64,000 nucleotides of DNA from Octopus vulgaris (GCA_951406725.2 OX597815.1:128340001-128404000); one strand, 5' to 3'. Positions 27,501-40,668 are shown, counted from the stretch's first letter. The notes: a model not told the origin generated them from the sequence alone. Program-made: numbers and translations.

Positions 27501-29222
27501 AATCTATATTTAAAGGAATGACTTGGGGCAATTTGTTTTGCCATGGTAAATTCTAGATGGTGAAAGAAACCTAAATGTTATGACATATTCAAAATCCTAA
27601 ATTTTCAATCATCCAAGATTAAATTTTGATTTTTTAGAGAGAAAAAAAAATAAAACTGGCTACTGTGAAATAATATATTTTCTTTGTTAATATTTCATAC
27701 TGCCTCTTGACCATTTACAAACTAATCTTAATAAACAGACTAAGATATGAACAAATATCCTCTGACATCAAGTACAATTCTTAAATTTAAAAAAAAAAAA
27801 CCTATAAAATTCAATCTCTCTACATTCCAGCATTATTTGCTGAAGTGGTAACAAATAAAATAAATCTCTTACCTACATCTTAACAGTACCAAAAAGAAAA
27901 GTTTGCTAAAAGAAATTTCATGAACTGTAGCATGCATGTTAATGCAGTGATCATCTGACTTTAACAAATAAAGAGTATAAATAATTTTATATTTGTTTAT
28001 TATATTTTTTCTTTAAAGTACTAGTATTAATAGAAGAAATTCTTTCACTGGTTTATTATAGGGTTGCATACATACAGGACCACCAACTTTTTCAAGGATT
28101 TTAGTAAATAAATATACTGAATCCAGAATTACTTTATTTTTATCAACAAAGTTTTCAGGATATTTACACCAGCTACAGACATACACACACTAAGCATATG
28201 TATGAAGAGCTATGGCAGTTCCTGTCTATCAAATTTCAGTCTGTGGCTATGGAAAAAAACAGTTGTGTGAAGTGCTGTAAAATGGATTTGAACAGAGTAC
28301 ATGGCTTGGAAACAAACTTTTCTTTGTTTTTTGTTTTTTTTCTCTCTCAATTCACTTCCATTTCTGGGTCCTTCTGTCCAACCTACTTCTACCCACCTTA
28401 TAACTCTTATTTTGATCTCCTAGCTCTATCCAACCATGCCCCTACTCTATCATCTAAAATTTAAGTAGCCATGTAGCTCCTCAACAAAAAAGAAACTTGT
28501 TCTGCTCTGGACCCTTCTCATACTTTTACCCCTGATCTCCTTGTATAAAGCTTTACCCTCAGATTCATAATCATGCAAACTGCATGGCTAAAAAAAAAAA
28601 AACTCAGTGGTTGATGTTTGAAGGGTGTCCAGCTATAGAAGCCATTACCAAAGCAGATACTGGAGTACAACACAATCCTTGAGTCCAGTGGATCTTGTCA
28701 AACTATCCAACCTAAGCCAACATCAAATAATGAAATGTTAATGTCCATGGTGCTATAACTTTGAAATGTTTGGAAGTGAGAGTGGGATATTTGTAATTTA
28801 TTCTAAAGACTTGTTGAATTAGTGATGTATACCCACCACCCAGTACTTTATTTTATTGACACCCCAGAGTGACAAAAGGTTAAAGCTGACCTCACTGAAA
28901 TTAGAATCAGAAATGTAAAATACAGGTAGACATGTCTGACGCATCAACATTTCTGCCATCCCAACAATTTTACATATTCTAATCGAGATATAAGGCCAGC
29001 GAATTTAAGAGAAGGACATAGTTGAAAGGCACCTCAGTGTTGCAAGGCATTTTTTTTTCTCAAATGCTCTGCCAGTCCAACAAGTAATTGGTCATTTGTA
29101 AGATAAATACATGATTATTATAATACAAATATATCTCAAGTAAATGGTATTAGACCTTAATATACAAAAGTGAATGCATATTTCATGTTGTAGGCCTTAG
29201 TTTTGAACCTAGATAGCTGATA

Positions 29223-30345
29223 TCTTATATACTACTAAAATGCCGTGATTGCTTGTCGAATTTAATATAGCCAAACTGGTGCATAATAGGAAAATACTCT
29301 GAAAGGTACCCTTGAAATGTGAATACAAATGGAATAAAACAAGTTGCACATAAATTGGACCATGGATTTCTGAGGCGGGGGGGGGGGTAACCTTCATAAA
29401 TAGCCAAAACTGTGCATAATGAGAAAATACTCTGAAAGTAACAACCCTAAAAAATACAAATTGTTTCTACAGTGAGTATTTGTATTTCAGATTTCTTTAA
29501 ACAGACATATTTTAAAAATATTAAGTGATGATTGGAAAAAAAATATTTTTTGAGGTAATAGGAATTTTTTTTTCTAAGGTGAATATGATTTTCTATTCAT
29601 GAGGAAGAAAGAAAACATCTGGTGGGATTGAAAAATAAGATAGTGAGAAGAGCATGGCTAAGAAGAGCCAAAGAAGGTGAGCAAGATAGTGGAGAACACC
29701 AAGAAGATTGGGACAGGCATGCGAATAGAAGGATCGATGAGACTGATAAAGGAAGGGTTGAGCATCTGGTGGAACAGGGGGAAAGAGACAAGCAGGAGAG
29801 CTCATGAATGGGATGCTTGGGGAACTGAGTCTGGAGGGGCAGAGGTGGGAGAGATCATGAACTGGATGCTTGGAAAGCTGAGAGTCTGGTGGAACAGAGG
29901 GAAAGAGTCAGAAGCAGGAGAGATCATGAATTGGATGCTTTAAATATGAACTTGTAAACCAGACTTGTGATGACACAAATGAATTGAAATATTTACTTGT
30001 TTACTTGTTTCAGTCATTTGACTGCGGCCATGCTGGAGCACCGCCTTTAATCGAGCAAATCGACCCCGGGACTTATTCTTTGTAAGCCCAGTACTTATTC
30101 TATCGGTCTCTTTTGCCGAACCGCTAAGTGACGGGGACGTAAACACACCAGCATCGGTTGTCAAGTAATGCTAGAGGGACAAACACAGACACACAAACAT
30201 ATACACACACATATATATACATATATACGACAGTATTTAACTGAATTGTCATAAAATAAACTTTCATTTCAATGCAACGGTGAAATCAGCTTCAATGTTT
30301 TATAACCTGAACTGTCCGTGACCCAATGGGTCATGGGTAGTCTAG
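29223..30345 (+). mobile_element. Non-autonomous Helitron between the two gene 3' ends
   Basis: 5' A|TCTTATATACTACTAAAATG, 3' hairpin CCGTGACCC-AAT-GGGTCATGG (30316-30336) then CTAG|T. AT target, no TSD. Confidence 0.7.
29993..30230 (-). mobile_element. Family-A SINE 3' half nested in the Helitron
   Basis: High identity to the reverse complement of 43300-43525. Confidence 0.85.
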
Positions 30346-30954
30346 TTGTTCATAAAATTACATCTTTTCAAGGAGGCTATAGGCTTTGCAACATTTTTCT
30401 GGAATTTGTTAGTTTTAGCTCTTGATAAAAGAAAAAAAATACATAGTACAATAGACATAAAAATTACTGAGCAAGTAATACAAGTGAAAATTAGGAGAAA
30501 TTGAGATTTACAATTACTAGAAATACAATTAAAATAATTTTAATTTCGACCCAAATATTACAGCAAACAATTTAGATGTATTATTAATTACTATAATATT
30601 CATTTCTTTTTCATTTGATATAAAGGCAAATATGAAGTCATGTCATTCTTCCATTTATCCAAAGGCTGTGTAAATGATCTGGGAACTGAAACTGGCTTGC
30701 AAACTCAGCTTGGGGAGCTAATCTTTTGTTTTCACAATCATTACAATGATACTGATTGCAATAATAGACACATGACCTCAAATTTTTAGGGAAAGACACT
30801 GAGGTTGTGTGATGCTCGTGCTTTAAATGACATGAGCGTAAAGTAAAATAGCTTCAACCAAGAAGCAAAACCAGCATGTGGACTGAGTTTACCAAGAGCT
30901 TAGCACTTATGTTACAGTTATTATTATAACAATAATATTAATAAAGGACTAAAG

Positions 30955-31044
30955 TTATACTGATTTCACAACAAGCGGATTAGATAGTCGGAAAATACTT
31001 GGAAGCATGTTGCTGATGTTGGCAAACATTTCCTCTGACATTCC
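30955..31044 (-). CDS. FERRY3: FERRY3 last exon CDS: GMSEEMFANISNMLPSIFRLSNPLVVKSV*
   Basis: ctttcag| acceptor, TAA stop at 30957-30955. Confidence 0.93.
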   Translation of the reverse strand, partial: GMSEEMFANISNMLPSIFRLSNPLVVKSV

Positions 31045-31124
31045 CTGAAAGAAGAGAAATAAAATTTGGTTTGATTCCCTTTGAGAGAAGAGACATTTTT
31101 ATTTTGAGAGCATGAAAGAAAATC

Positions 31125-31261
31125 TAAAATGCAATATTCTGTTGTGTCTGGGGAGAGTCATTTTCTTTTTGTGCCTTATAATTGACTCTCCCCAGACACA
31201 ACAGAATATGCTTCAACACACCAACTCACAAAGAATCTTGCAAACGAAATAAAATGCAATA
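31125..31261. mobile_element. Short insertion with internal perfect inverted repeat and 12-bp direct flanks
   Basis: TAAAATGCAATA at 31125-36 and 31250-61, with 27-bp perfect arms at 31134-60 and 31183-209. Confidence 0.75.
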
Positions 31262-31492
31262 GTTAAATGTTAAAGACATATTTGCATACTTCATTAACAT
31301 ATTCTTGCAATGTCATCAATTTGATGTTATGATTTATTAGGTACATATAAGAAGACATCTGTTGTGAGGGATATAACCAATTTAGCCGTTTTAACAACAA
31401 CCCATCTTAATCTACTCTTGGTTCTATATTACAAATTCCCCCATTTTAAAGTGATCAAAATTAAAACTTCCCATCAAACTTTTTTTGATTTA

Positions 31493-32762
31493 TTGGATTG
31501 GTCAAAAAGTTTGGTCAATTTTTATTGACATTAAACTTCAAACACTCTAATAAATAACTTCAGTCTGTCCCTTGCACATGCATACTTGTGAGATACTTGA
31601 CACTTCAACATAGATGCAAACTTGTGATGAGACAAATATTTTTTGTACTTGGGATTATCTTGAAAATGAAGGACAAAAATTAAAATTATTGATACCTCAT
31701 GCCTTTCATTTTTAAAATGGCAAGAAAACAGCACAAACCTGCAGTAAGACTTGTGCCATGTATGGAGAGGATGCTATTACAAAATTAGTGTGCCAGAAGT
31801 GGTTCCTAAAATTTCGATTGGGAAATTTTTCAGTTCAAAATGCACCTCACTCTGGCCAGCCAACTGTGATTAACAACACCAGCCCCTGGTCAAATGACCA
31901 GGATAATCCATATATTCCCCAAATAATCAAATCAAGTAGTGAAAACCATCAGTAGGTTCTGTGTTTGGGTCCCACATCAGTTGAATAAGGCTAATCTTAC
32001 CCAATGGATTTCCATCTGCATGGCATTAGGAAAGGCATTCAGCTATAGAAATCAAGTCAAATCAGACTGGAGCCTGGTGCTGCACTTTGGCTTATCATCT
32101 CCAGTCAAACCAACCAACCAACCAACCAACCTATGGATAACAGACATTAAATGATGATTTTGTTTTTTTTTTATGAGAATGGTGACATGGGATGAAACAC
32201 CACAAACAACCAAGGATGACTTCACCAAAAGAAGGTTGTGCTTTAATTTGGTGGGATTGAAAAAGTGTTGTTTTTTTACAAGCTTCTTTACACAATTCAG
32301 ATGTGTGCTGTGACCAGCTGGACTAATTAAACGCAGTCGTCCAGCAAAGCATCCAGTACGGGCTAATCATAAAGGTATTGTTTTTCATCACAACAATGCC
32401 AGACCATACACTTCTTCACAGATGCAGCAGAAGTAACTGAAGCTTGGCTGAGAAGTTTTGCCACATCCTTTATATTCACCCATCTTTGTACCTTTAGATT
32501 TCCACCTGTTTTGGTCTCTTAAAAATTTATTAAATGGACACACTTTAAACAATGAAGAGCATATAAAAATTCACCTGGAAGAAGTTTTTGCCAGTAAAGA
32601 CAGGAAAGTCTTTGATCAGGTAATAATGAATCTGCCTACAAGATGGCAGAAGATATTGGAAGGAAACGGTAATTATATCCATTGTCCTAATAAATTGCTT
32701 TATATTTAAAACTTGTCTTATTTTCACTTAAGGAAAACAAAAAGACTTTTTGGCCAACCCAG
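31493..32762 (+). mobile_element. Decayed full-length mariner in the last FERRY3 intron
   Basis: TIRs TTGGATTGGTCAAAAAGT / ACTTTTTGGCCAACCCAG with TA flanks. Peptides YGEDA...KWFLKFR, WVPHQL, HHNNARP and PHPLYSP...DFHLF. Contains an RTE-tail fragment at ~32020-32160. Confidence 0.88.
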
Positions 32763-33011
32763 TACATTCCAAACAGCTTAATAATGACATTGCTTTGCTG
32801 TTTTACTAAATTCTTCATTCTTTTCAAAATTAACTGAACAAAGGTAATGTATTTCAACAGAAATCTAGCAATGAAAGAGTTAATCACCTTCCACCTACAT
32901 TGGTGTATGAAGGATAAAAGTAAAATTGACAGTGGTCTGATTTAAATTCTGGATGCAGAGAAGACTTAGACTAGTGATGTGCTAAGGTAGCATCTTTGCT
33001 TAACCAAACAT

Positions 33012-33247
33012 TCTTATTTCTTTATTGCCCACAAGGGGCTAAACATAGAGGGGACAAAAAAGGACAAACAAAGGGATTAAGTTGATTACATCGACCCCAG
33101 TGCGTTACTGGTACTTAATTTATCAACCCCGAAAGGATGAAAGGCAAAGTTGACCTTGGCAGAATTTGAACTCAGAACGTAAAAGCAGATGAAATACCAC
33201 TAAGCTTTCGCCCAGTGCACCAACGTTTCTGTCAGCTCACGGCCTTA
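33012..33247 (-). mobile_element. tRNA-SINE family B (Meta-domain-like)
   Basis: Reverse complement of 44971-45205. An 18-bp TSD, TGCTTAACCAAACATTCT, is at 32997-33014 and 33256-33273. Confidence 0.85.
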
Positions 33248-33886
33248 TCCAAACATGCTTAACCAAACATTCTGCCCTCCTTTGACAAAACACAATAAGT
33301 AAAAGAAAAAAAAAACCCTCAAAACTGGGGTAACTGCAAAGAACTGAAAAAAATTAGCCTAATTTTTTTTCGATTTGCTGTGTGTCATAGGTTGCTGTTT
33401 AATGAAAAGATGAAACTTTTCCAAGATCATATATCTAGAATGTATGAGGTATGGTCCAGGCAATTAAAATATCAATTCTCTGACAAAACACAGTAAGTTG
33501 ACTTGCTGTTGTTTTACTTTGGAAAACACAAAAGGAGGAAATATTCTATGTTTAATTTTAAATATGAATCAACCATGTGTTACTCTTATCAAACTTTTAT
33601 ATTTCCTGCAAGAAAGATGTTTGGTCTCTTACACCAACGTGATGAAAGTGTGCCATTATATGAATTTAACCTGGAAATGTATTGGAAATAACAGTTAGGA
33701 TAGTTAGTGATGATAGAGTTTTCGTTTTCATTCCAATTTTGTAGAATATCTCACAAACTGAGTTTGATGAAGTTGTTTAATTAAGGAAAGATTTAATCTG
33801 AACATTGCCAGCTAATGAAACAGTTGTCAGTTAAACCATAGCTCTAGTACATACTACAGGCAAACTGTGCTAGCAACAGTTTAGAT

Positions 33887-34390
33887 CAGGGGTTCTCAAC
33901 CATTTTTATCTATAGACCCCTTTGATTACTATTTTATTCTTAGCCATCGAATATTTAAAAGCTAGTTTAATAGAAACTTCTTTCAAAATTCCTATTTTAT
34001 TTATCACATTTGTGTAGGCTGAACTATGTAAAAGATTAACCCTTTAGTATTTAAACCGGCCATATCCGGCCAAAATAGTTAATCTGTTTTATGTTCAGAC
34101 TGACCAGATCCAGGCCCTCACACCTACCCTACAATGTTATTCTACATTAAGTAATTACACCATCAAGATCTTGAAGATATGAGATAATGCATGATTAATT
34201 CAAATCAATGTGAATCAGTAGGCATTATGTTTGATAGAATAATCTGAACACTAAAGGGTTAAAGAAAGAAACCTAGCTGTTTCTTGCAATACATAAATCT
34301 AAAGCAAGATTTTTTTCAGGGGCCCTTAAAATAATAATATGAATCCATAATTTACTATTTTGTTGCATGGACCCCAGTTGAGAATGACTG
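33887..34390. mobile_element. hAT (Charlie-like) MITE
   Basis: CAGGGGTTCTCAAC ... GTTGAGAATGACTG termini, 8-bp TSD GTTTAGAT/GTTAAGAT. Confidence 0.75.
34040..34258. mobile_element. piggyBac-like MITE nested in the hAT MITE
   Basis: TTAA|CCCTTTAGT...ACTAAAGGG|TTAA. A related partial copy lies at ~46860-47054. Confidence 0.8.
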
Positions 34391-35156
34391 GTTAAGATAG
34401 TCTTTTTCACATTTCATTTTTGAGTTTTGGTACACAATGCAGTAAAGATGACAAAATAGAAATAGCAGCATCCTTTTGCAAGATTAGCTAGAACTTTTCA
34501 GCATGACTGCTTTTTGTTTCTTTTTTCAATTGTCTAAATTTACTTCCCTTAAAATCTGTAATAACAGTAATTTCTAGCACATCATGTCAACACATAACAA
34601 GATGGTCACAATTCTAATACAGTATGTTGGGTTAAATAAAACCTTTGAATTCATATATATTTTTTAAAAACTAAAATAACAGAAAAAATGCTAAGTGGTT
34701 TTCATGAATTCATAATTAAGCTTCCTGTGTGATCTAAATTCCCTACTACTGACTTAATATTATAGTTCTTAGGATATAATGAAATAAGTTCTGTGCCCCC
34801 TGACTGGCTCCTGTGCCAGTGACATGTAAAAAGTAGCCACTACACTCTCAGAGTGGTTGGCATTAAGAAGGGCATCCAGCTGTAGAAACCTTGCCAGATA
34901 AGGTTGGAACCTGGTGTAGCCCACTAGCTTGTCAGACCTCAGTCAAACCGTCCAATCCATGCCTGCATGGAAAATGGACGTTGAATGATGATGATGCATC
35001 AGATGGTTGCAAAAGATTTTTAATGATCACCTTTTTTATAACCTCCACTCCCAAAAGATCATGAATAGTTCAAGTAATTACTCCAATTAAATATTTAATA
35101 GCAAAAAGTTTCAATATAAAAGCAACAAACAATGTCTTTAAAAAAGTTTTACTTAC

Positions 35157-35282
35157 CGGTGGCACTAAGAATTGAATTGTCCGTGATTCAAGGCCACCCC
35201 AAGTTGCCATCTCCATCATGAAACCTTTTACACATTTAAATATTAACTCAACACGTTTCAAACACCAAGAAACAGTCATTTC
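35157..35282 (-). CDS. FERRY3: FERRY3 exon: EMTVSWCLKRVELIFKCVKGFMMEMATWGGLESRTIQFLVPP
   Basis: gttgcag| acceptor and CCG|gtaagt donor, 126 nt. Confidence 0.95.
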
Positions 35283-35312
35283 CTGCAACAGACACAAAAT
35301 TGCATAAATTTT

Positions 35313-35680
35313 AGGAGTGGCTGTGTGGTAAGTAGCTTGCTTACGTACCGCATTGTTCAGGGTTCAGTCCCACTGCGTGGCACCTTGGGCAAGTGCCTTC
35401 TATGATAGCCTCGGGCTGACCAAAGCTTTGTGAGTGGATTTGGTAGATGGAAACTGAAAGAAGCCCGTCGTATATACGTATGTGTGTGTGTTTGTCCCCG
35501 CCAACATCGCTTGACAACCGATGCTGGTGTGTTTACGTCCCCGTAACTTAGCAGTTTGGCAAAAGAGACCAATAAGAATAAGTACTAGGTTTACAAAGAA
35601 TAAGTCCTGGGGTCGATTTGCTCGACTAAAGGCGGTGCTCCACCATGGCCACAGTCAAATGACTGAAACAAGTAAAAGAA
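35313..35680 (+). mobile_element. Family-A SINE
   Basis: Head and tail match the other copies. Confidence 0.9.
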
Positions 35681-36231
35681 AGTAATTGTAAAAATTATAA
35701 TTACCTATAGTTATTACCATCCTATTTATTTTCATTCCGTAATAGTTTTTCCCCCCATAACAGCCATCTCCAATTCATTATTTCATTCATTTTACAAAAT
35801 GTCACAAAAGTTTCAATAGCTGAATATTCATATTTCAATAAAAACAAAAACTAAGAAATTCACTAATAGGTTGGACTTTCTAACATCTGCCACTTCATAC
35901 AACACATGGTTAGTCCTTACAACTTTTGATATAGTACACCCAATCAACTACACACATTCAATCACATGCAACAATAAACACACATTATACTAATTTATCT
36001 ACAAAGCATTCACTATCACCTTGCTTACTGACAATCGATTAGATTTAATTTTAATTCAGCATCAAATGCTGTCAAAATCCTTTGGAATAATTAGTTTCAT
36101 TGTGATTTTCCACCCAATGTTACAGATGTTTGAGGGCTGATGTGCAACTAATCTCTCAGTTCAAAAAGACTACGTAGAACTTGTGAAGAGAGAAGAATCT
36201 AACAGCATTATTGGCCAACATCTAAGAGTGA

Positions 36232-36238
36232 GACAAAA

Positions 36239-36325
<87 letters not shown>

Positions 36326-36330
36326 GAGAG
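36232..36330. repeat. (GA)n microsatellite
   Basis: Direct observation. Confidence 0.95.
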
Positions 36331-36548
36331 CTCCTCCTTACACTCACTCAAGAGACAAGAGCTCAGAACAACAGACACTTCACTCCTCATGTCAATTTAA
36401 CTTAGCAAACTCTTCAACAAATATTCCTATTTACTAATTTGTTGCCTTGGATTCAAAGCCAGTCAGTTATTAAATACTACTCCAACTAAATCTCTGTGTG
36501 CACATATGTAATGCAGAGCCAATAATGGAGAAACACCTGGTCACCAAC

Positions 36549-36551
<3 letters not shown>

Positions 36552-36608
<57 letters not shown>

Positions 36609-36635
36609 TATATATACACATATATATATATACAC

Positions 36636-36684
<49 letters not shown>

Positions 36685-36728
36685 ATGTATGTTGATGATA
36701 TATATATACACACACATATATGTGTGTG

Positions 36729-36768
<40 letters not shown>
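36552..36768. repeat. (TA)n/(CA)n/(TG)n microsatellite
   Basis: Direct observation. Confidence 0.95.
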
Positions 36769-36769
<1 letters not shown>

Positions 36770-36771
<2 letters not shown>

Positions 36772-37160
36772 GAGCAAAATGCCTCCCCTCCAGTCCAATG
36801 GATGGTGCTGAGTTGTCAAATATTTAAACCAAATTTTCTCAAAACAACTTGTCCAACCGTCCCTATTTTGTGGCATTACTTCAACCCAGCCAGCTTTTTT
36901 TGCGCAAACTGCATGTGCATTTTTCTTGTGTACACGTAGTATCGATCGCAACAGCTGATGTACTTGCACATACAAATGCACGTTCCCACGGCTTTATCGA
37001 TTGCATTCTCACCAGGAATTGATTTTCGTAATTTTTCAAGACTTATACAGGCTCTGATACTGTCGGTATCTACATATCAAATTTGAGCACAGTCGGATGG
37101 AGGATGCCCGAGATCCTAGAAGACACACACACAGACAGACAGAAAGGATTTTATATAATA

Positions 37161-37162
<2 letters not shown>
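36770..37162 (-). mobile_element. Probable non-autonomous Helitron-type element inserted in a microsatellite
   Basis: Minus-strand 5' end tattatataaaatcctttctgtctgtctgtgtg (TGTC repeats) and 3' imperfect hairpin followed by CTCG|T. Confidence 0.5.
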
Positions 37163-37193
<31 letters not shown>

Positions 37194-37740
37194 ATATATA
37201 TATATATAAAACATCCTTAAGCATTTGTCTTCCAAACTGGCATGGGTTGGATGATTTGGCAGGAGCTAGAAAGCCAGAGGACTGCTACAAACTACACTGT
37301 TTATTTTGGCATGGTTTTTACAGTTGGATGCCCTTTCTAATGCCAGCCACTTTACCACAACAATATTTCGATTGCAATCATAATATACTACCAAGTATAT
37401 TAAAGGTTTACAAGTCAATATTGTGTCTCACATTTTGTGTTAGCAGTGTGATATTCTCATTAAGTGATAGATTTTCTATGGAATTCATAGGTAGCACTGT
37501 AAGTTACATTTCATATATAAATATGTCTATGTGAACAATGCCATAAAAGATAGAAAAAAAAGAAGAAAATAATAAAAAATAAAATAGAAAAAAAATTTAC
37601 CTATTTTTCTATCTTTGATTACGTTTTTACATAGATGTAATTGTATATGAAACATCATAACTTAAAGTGATGGTCCTGATTCTATAGAAAATCTGTAGTT
37701 TATCACTTAAATATATATATTTTGGAGCAAAACACTTCAG

Positions 37741-38100
37741 TAGCTGTGTGGTAAGTAGCTTGCTTACCAACCACATGGTTCCGGGTTCAGTCCCACTGCA
37801 TGGCACCTTGGCAAGTGTCTTCTACTATACCCTCGGGCTGACCAAAGCCTTGCGAGTGGATTTGGTGGACAGAGGCCCGTTGTATATTTGTGTGTGTGTG
37901 TGTGTGTGTGTGTTTGTCCAATCAACATTGCTTGACAACTAATGTTGGTGTGTTTACGTCCCCGTAACTTAGCAGTTTGGCAAAAGATACCGATAGAATA
38001 AGTTCTAGACTTACAAAGAATAAGTCCTGGGGTCAATTTGCTCAACTAAAGGCGGTGCTCCATATGGCTACAGTCAAATGACTGAAACAAGTAAAAGAGT
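37741..38100 (+). mobile_element. Family-A SINE
   Basis: Matches the other copies, with a small internal deletion. Confidence 0.9.
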
Positions 38101-38483
38101 ATATATATATACACACACAGGCACAGAATGTCTCATAATAATGAAACATACATTTGTAATAAATGTGCTTATTCCTGTCAATATAACCTATCATTATGAA
38201 ACACTGTGTGTGTGTGCGCATGTGTAAAAACTTGCAAGAGATTTAATAGCATCCACCATGCTTTCACTAATAGCTTTCGGTTACCTGTGTTCTTGCTACT
38301 GAAATACCATAACTATCATCGTCATCATCAACAAACAACAAATAAAGAAATGAGAAAAAAAAGTAATTGCTATATTTATACTAAGAATCAGAAACTGACT
38401 TAAAAGTCAGTTAAATAAATGAGTACCTCATCTATTAGATGAGAGGCTAAGATTATAAATACAAAAAGATTTGAGTTACTTAC

Positions 38484-38711
38484 TTCAGTCATTTCGTGTG
38501 AAAGCAGTAGTGGAATTGTAAGTGTAAGAATGTCATATCGGAAGCAGACTTTCAGGATGTTACGAAGAGATAGGATGGTAGGATGCCTGGATGTGATTTC
38601 TGGTGACCGAACACTGTCGTCTACGACTAAATGAAACATGACATGAACTTCAGATAGATTGGAATGTTTCGTAATATATACATCTCCTGTCTGTAGTTTT
38701 GATGTTTTATC
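38484..38711 (-). CDS. FERRY3: FERRY3 exon: [28 protein letters not shown]...[11 protein letters not shown]
   Basis: ttttcag| acceptor and GAA|gtaagt donor, 228 nt. Confidence 0.94.
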
Positions 38712-39554
38712 CTGAAAATAAGAATCATTTATTCATTTTTTGGAATCTAATCTGATAACTAAGATGGATTATTTAACTGAGATACTCATTTAGTAAACTG
38801 TTTCCAAAGTGGACTTCATTTTGACACACATTAGGCTTATTAGGCCACTGCCTATCCTGGTTCCCATGATGTATGTAACCAGGGCTACAATACTTACCCC
38901 TGAATAGAACATCAGTCTATCACAGTGTTAATTCCCTGTTGTTCTTCGTACTCATTTTTTCAGTTGAATGAACTGAACAATCTGCCACCCAGTCTGGATG
39001 TCATAAGTCCAGAACTCGAGCCACTTGGCTATGTGTCTTCATTAATGCAAACATGAGGATTAATTCTATAGACTGTAATCTCTTTTCTATAAAACAAGAT
39101 GGTTTTATAAGTCAAAAAAACTTATTACTGGGCCGGCAGAACCATTACCACACTGGACAAAATGCTAAGCAGCATTTCATCCGTTTTTATGCCACAAAAG
39201 TCACCTTTGCCTTTCATCCTTTTGGGATCAATGAAATAAGTACCAGTCATCGACTGGGGTTCATGTAATGACTAGCCCCACTCTTCAAATTGCTGCTTTT
39301 GAGTCAAAATTATTATTATAATTTCATAATTATATGTAATGATAATTGCAGATGGTCACTTTAAAAGAGCTTCTAATAACCAACAAAATGTCAGCAACTC
39401 AGACATAAAAAAAATATATATATTGGAGTCAACTCAACTGGATTTACATCCTAAATATTTGTAGCAATTGCACCAGTTGGAGAGTTTGCAGAAATGGCAA
39501 AGCATCAAACAGCATTCTGTACAGTAACTGACTTTTGTTTTATGCTCTGAGTTC

Positions 39555-40400
39555 AAATCCATCACCACCACTTCCAGGCTTGACATTGTTTTACATTGTA
39601 TTACATGGGAGAAGGGTTTAATAAAATATGTATGAAGCAGATACTGGAGTCAATGTGAATCTGTGATTTGTCAATGTAAAACAAACAGAATTGTTAGAAT
39701 GCAGGAAAAATTGCATTGCAGAATTTGTTCCATTTCTTTACATTCTGAGTTCAAATAATGCCAATGCTAATTTTGCTTTTCACCCAGCTTGGGTTAATAA
39801 AATAAGGTACTAGTCAAGTATTGGAGCCAATGATATTGCTTACACTCTCTATTCCCTGAAAATTGCTGGCCTTGTGCCTAAATCATTGTTGTTGCTGTTA
39901 TTGTTATTATAATAATAATTATTATTATTATTATCATTATGAATATTATTATTATTAAGGTGGCAAGCTTGTGGAATCATTAGCATGCCAGGCAAAATGC
40001 TTAGTGGCATTTCGTCCGTCTCTTTACATTTTGAGTTCAAATTCTGCCATGGTTGGCTTTGCTTTTCATCCTTTTGGAGTCAATAAAATAAGTACCAGTT
40101 GAACACTGGGGTTGACAAAATTGATTCATCCCCTGCCCCAAAATTGCTGCCCTTGTGGCAAAATTTGAAACAACAACAGCCGTCGCCGCCGCCACCGCCA
40201 CCATTGTTGTTATTATTATTATTATTATTAAGGTGGATCAATGAAATTGTTAAAACATTGAAAAATGCTTTGTAGTATTCGTTCCAGCTCTTTACATTCT
40301 GAGTTTAAATCCTGCCAAATTTAACTTCACCTTACTGGGGTTGATTTAATTCGCATCCTTCCTCCCCTTAATAATGTTGACCTTATGCCTAAATTAGAAG
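39555..40400 (+). mobile_element. Cluster of family-B SINE copies separated by (ATT)n
   Basis: Repeated gagttcaaat...ctttgc.tttcatcc...aataaaataagtaccag blocks. Best copy ~39957-40170. Confidence 0.7.
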
Positions 40401-40483
40401 TCATTATTAATGGCTTCTAATTTAGTAATGATCCAGTATTGCTATCATTATTATTATTATTTGAACAATAATATGTTTATTAC

Positions 40484-40668
40484 CTGACCATCGCTGTTGC
40501 TGCTGCCAAAACTTTTTACACTTGTTGATTCAACTGCCTCTGGATCAGAAGACTTTCTCAGCATACTCCAGTCATTAGCTAAACTGATCTGAGATTCTAT
40601 TAGGGCAAACTGCTGCTCCAGATCAAGAAAATGGAAATCTGTTGCTTGATCACACACACGAGCAAATT
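40484..40668 (-). CDS. FERRY3: FERRY3 exon: (E)FARVCDQATDFHFLDLEQQ...SNSDGQ
   Basis: tttacttag| acceptor and CAG|gtaata donor, TDFHF motif. Confidence 0.92.

Noticed and set aside
36183-36437. (RE)n protein ORF
   Set aside because: It is a translation of the (GA)n microsatellite.
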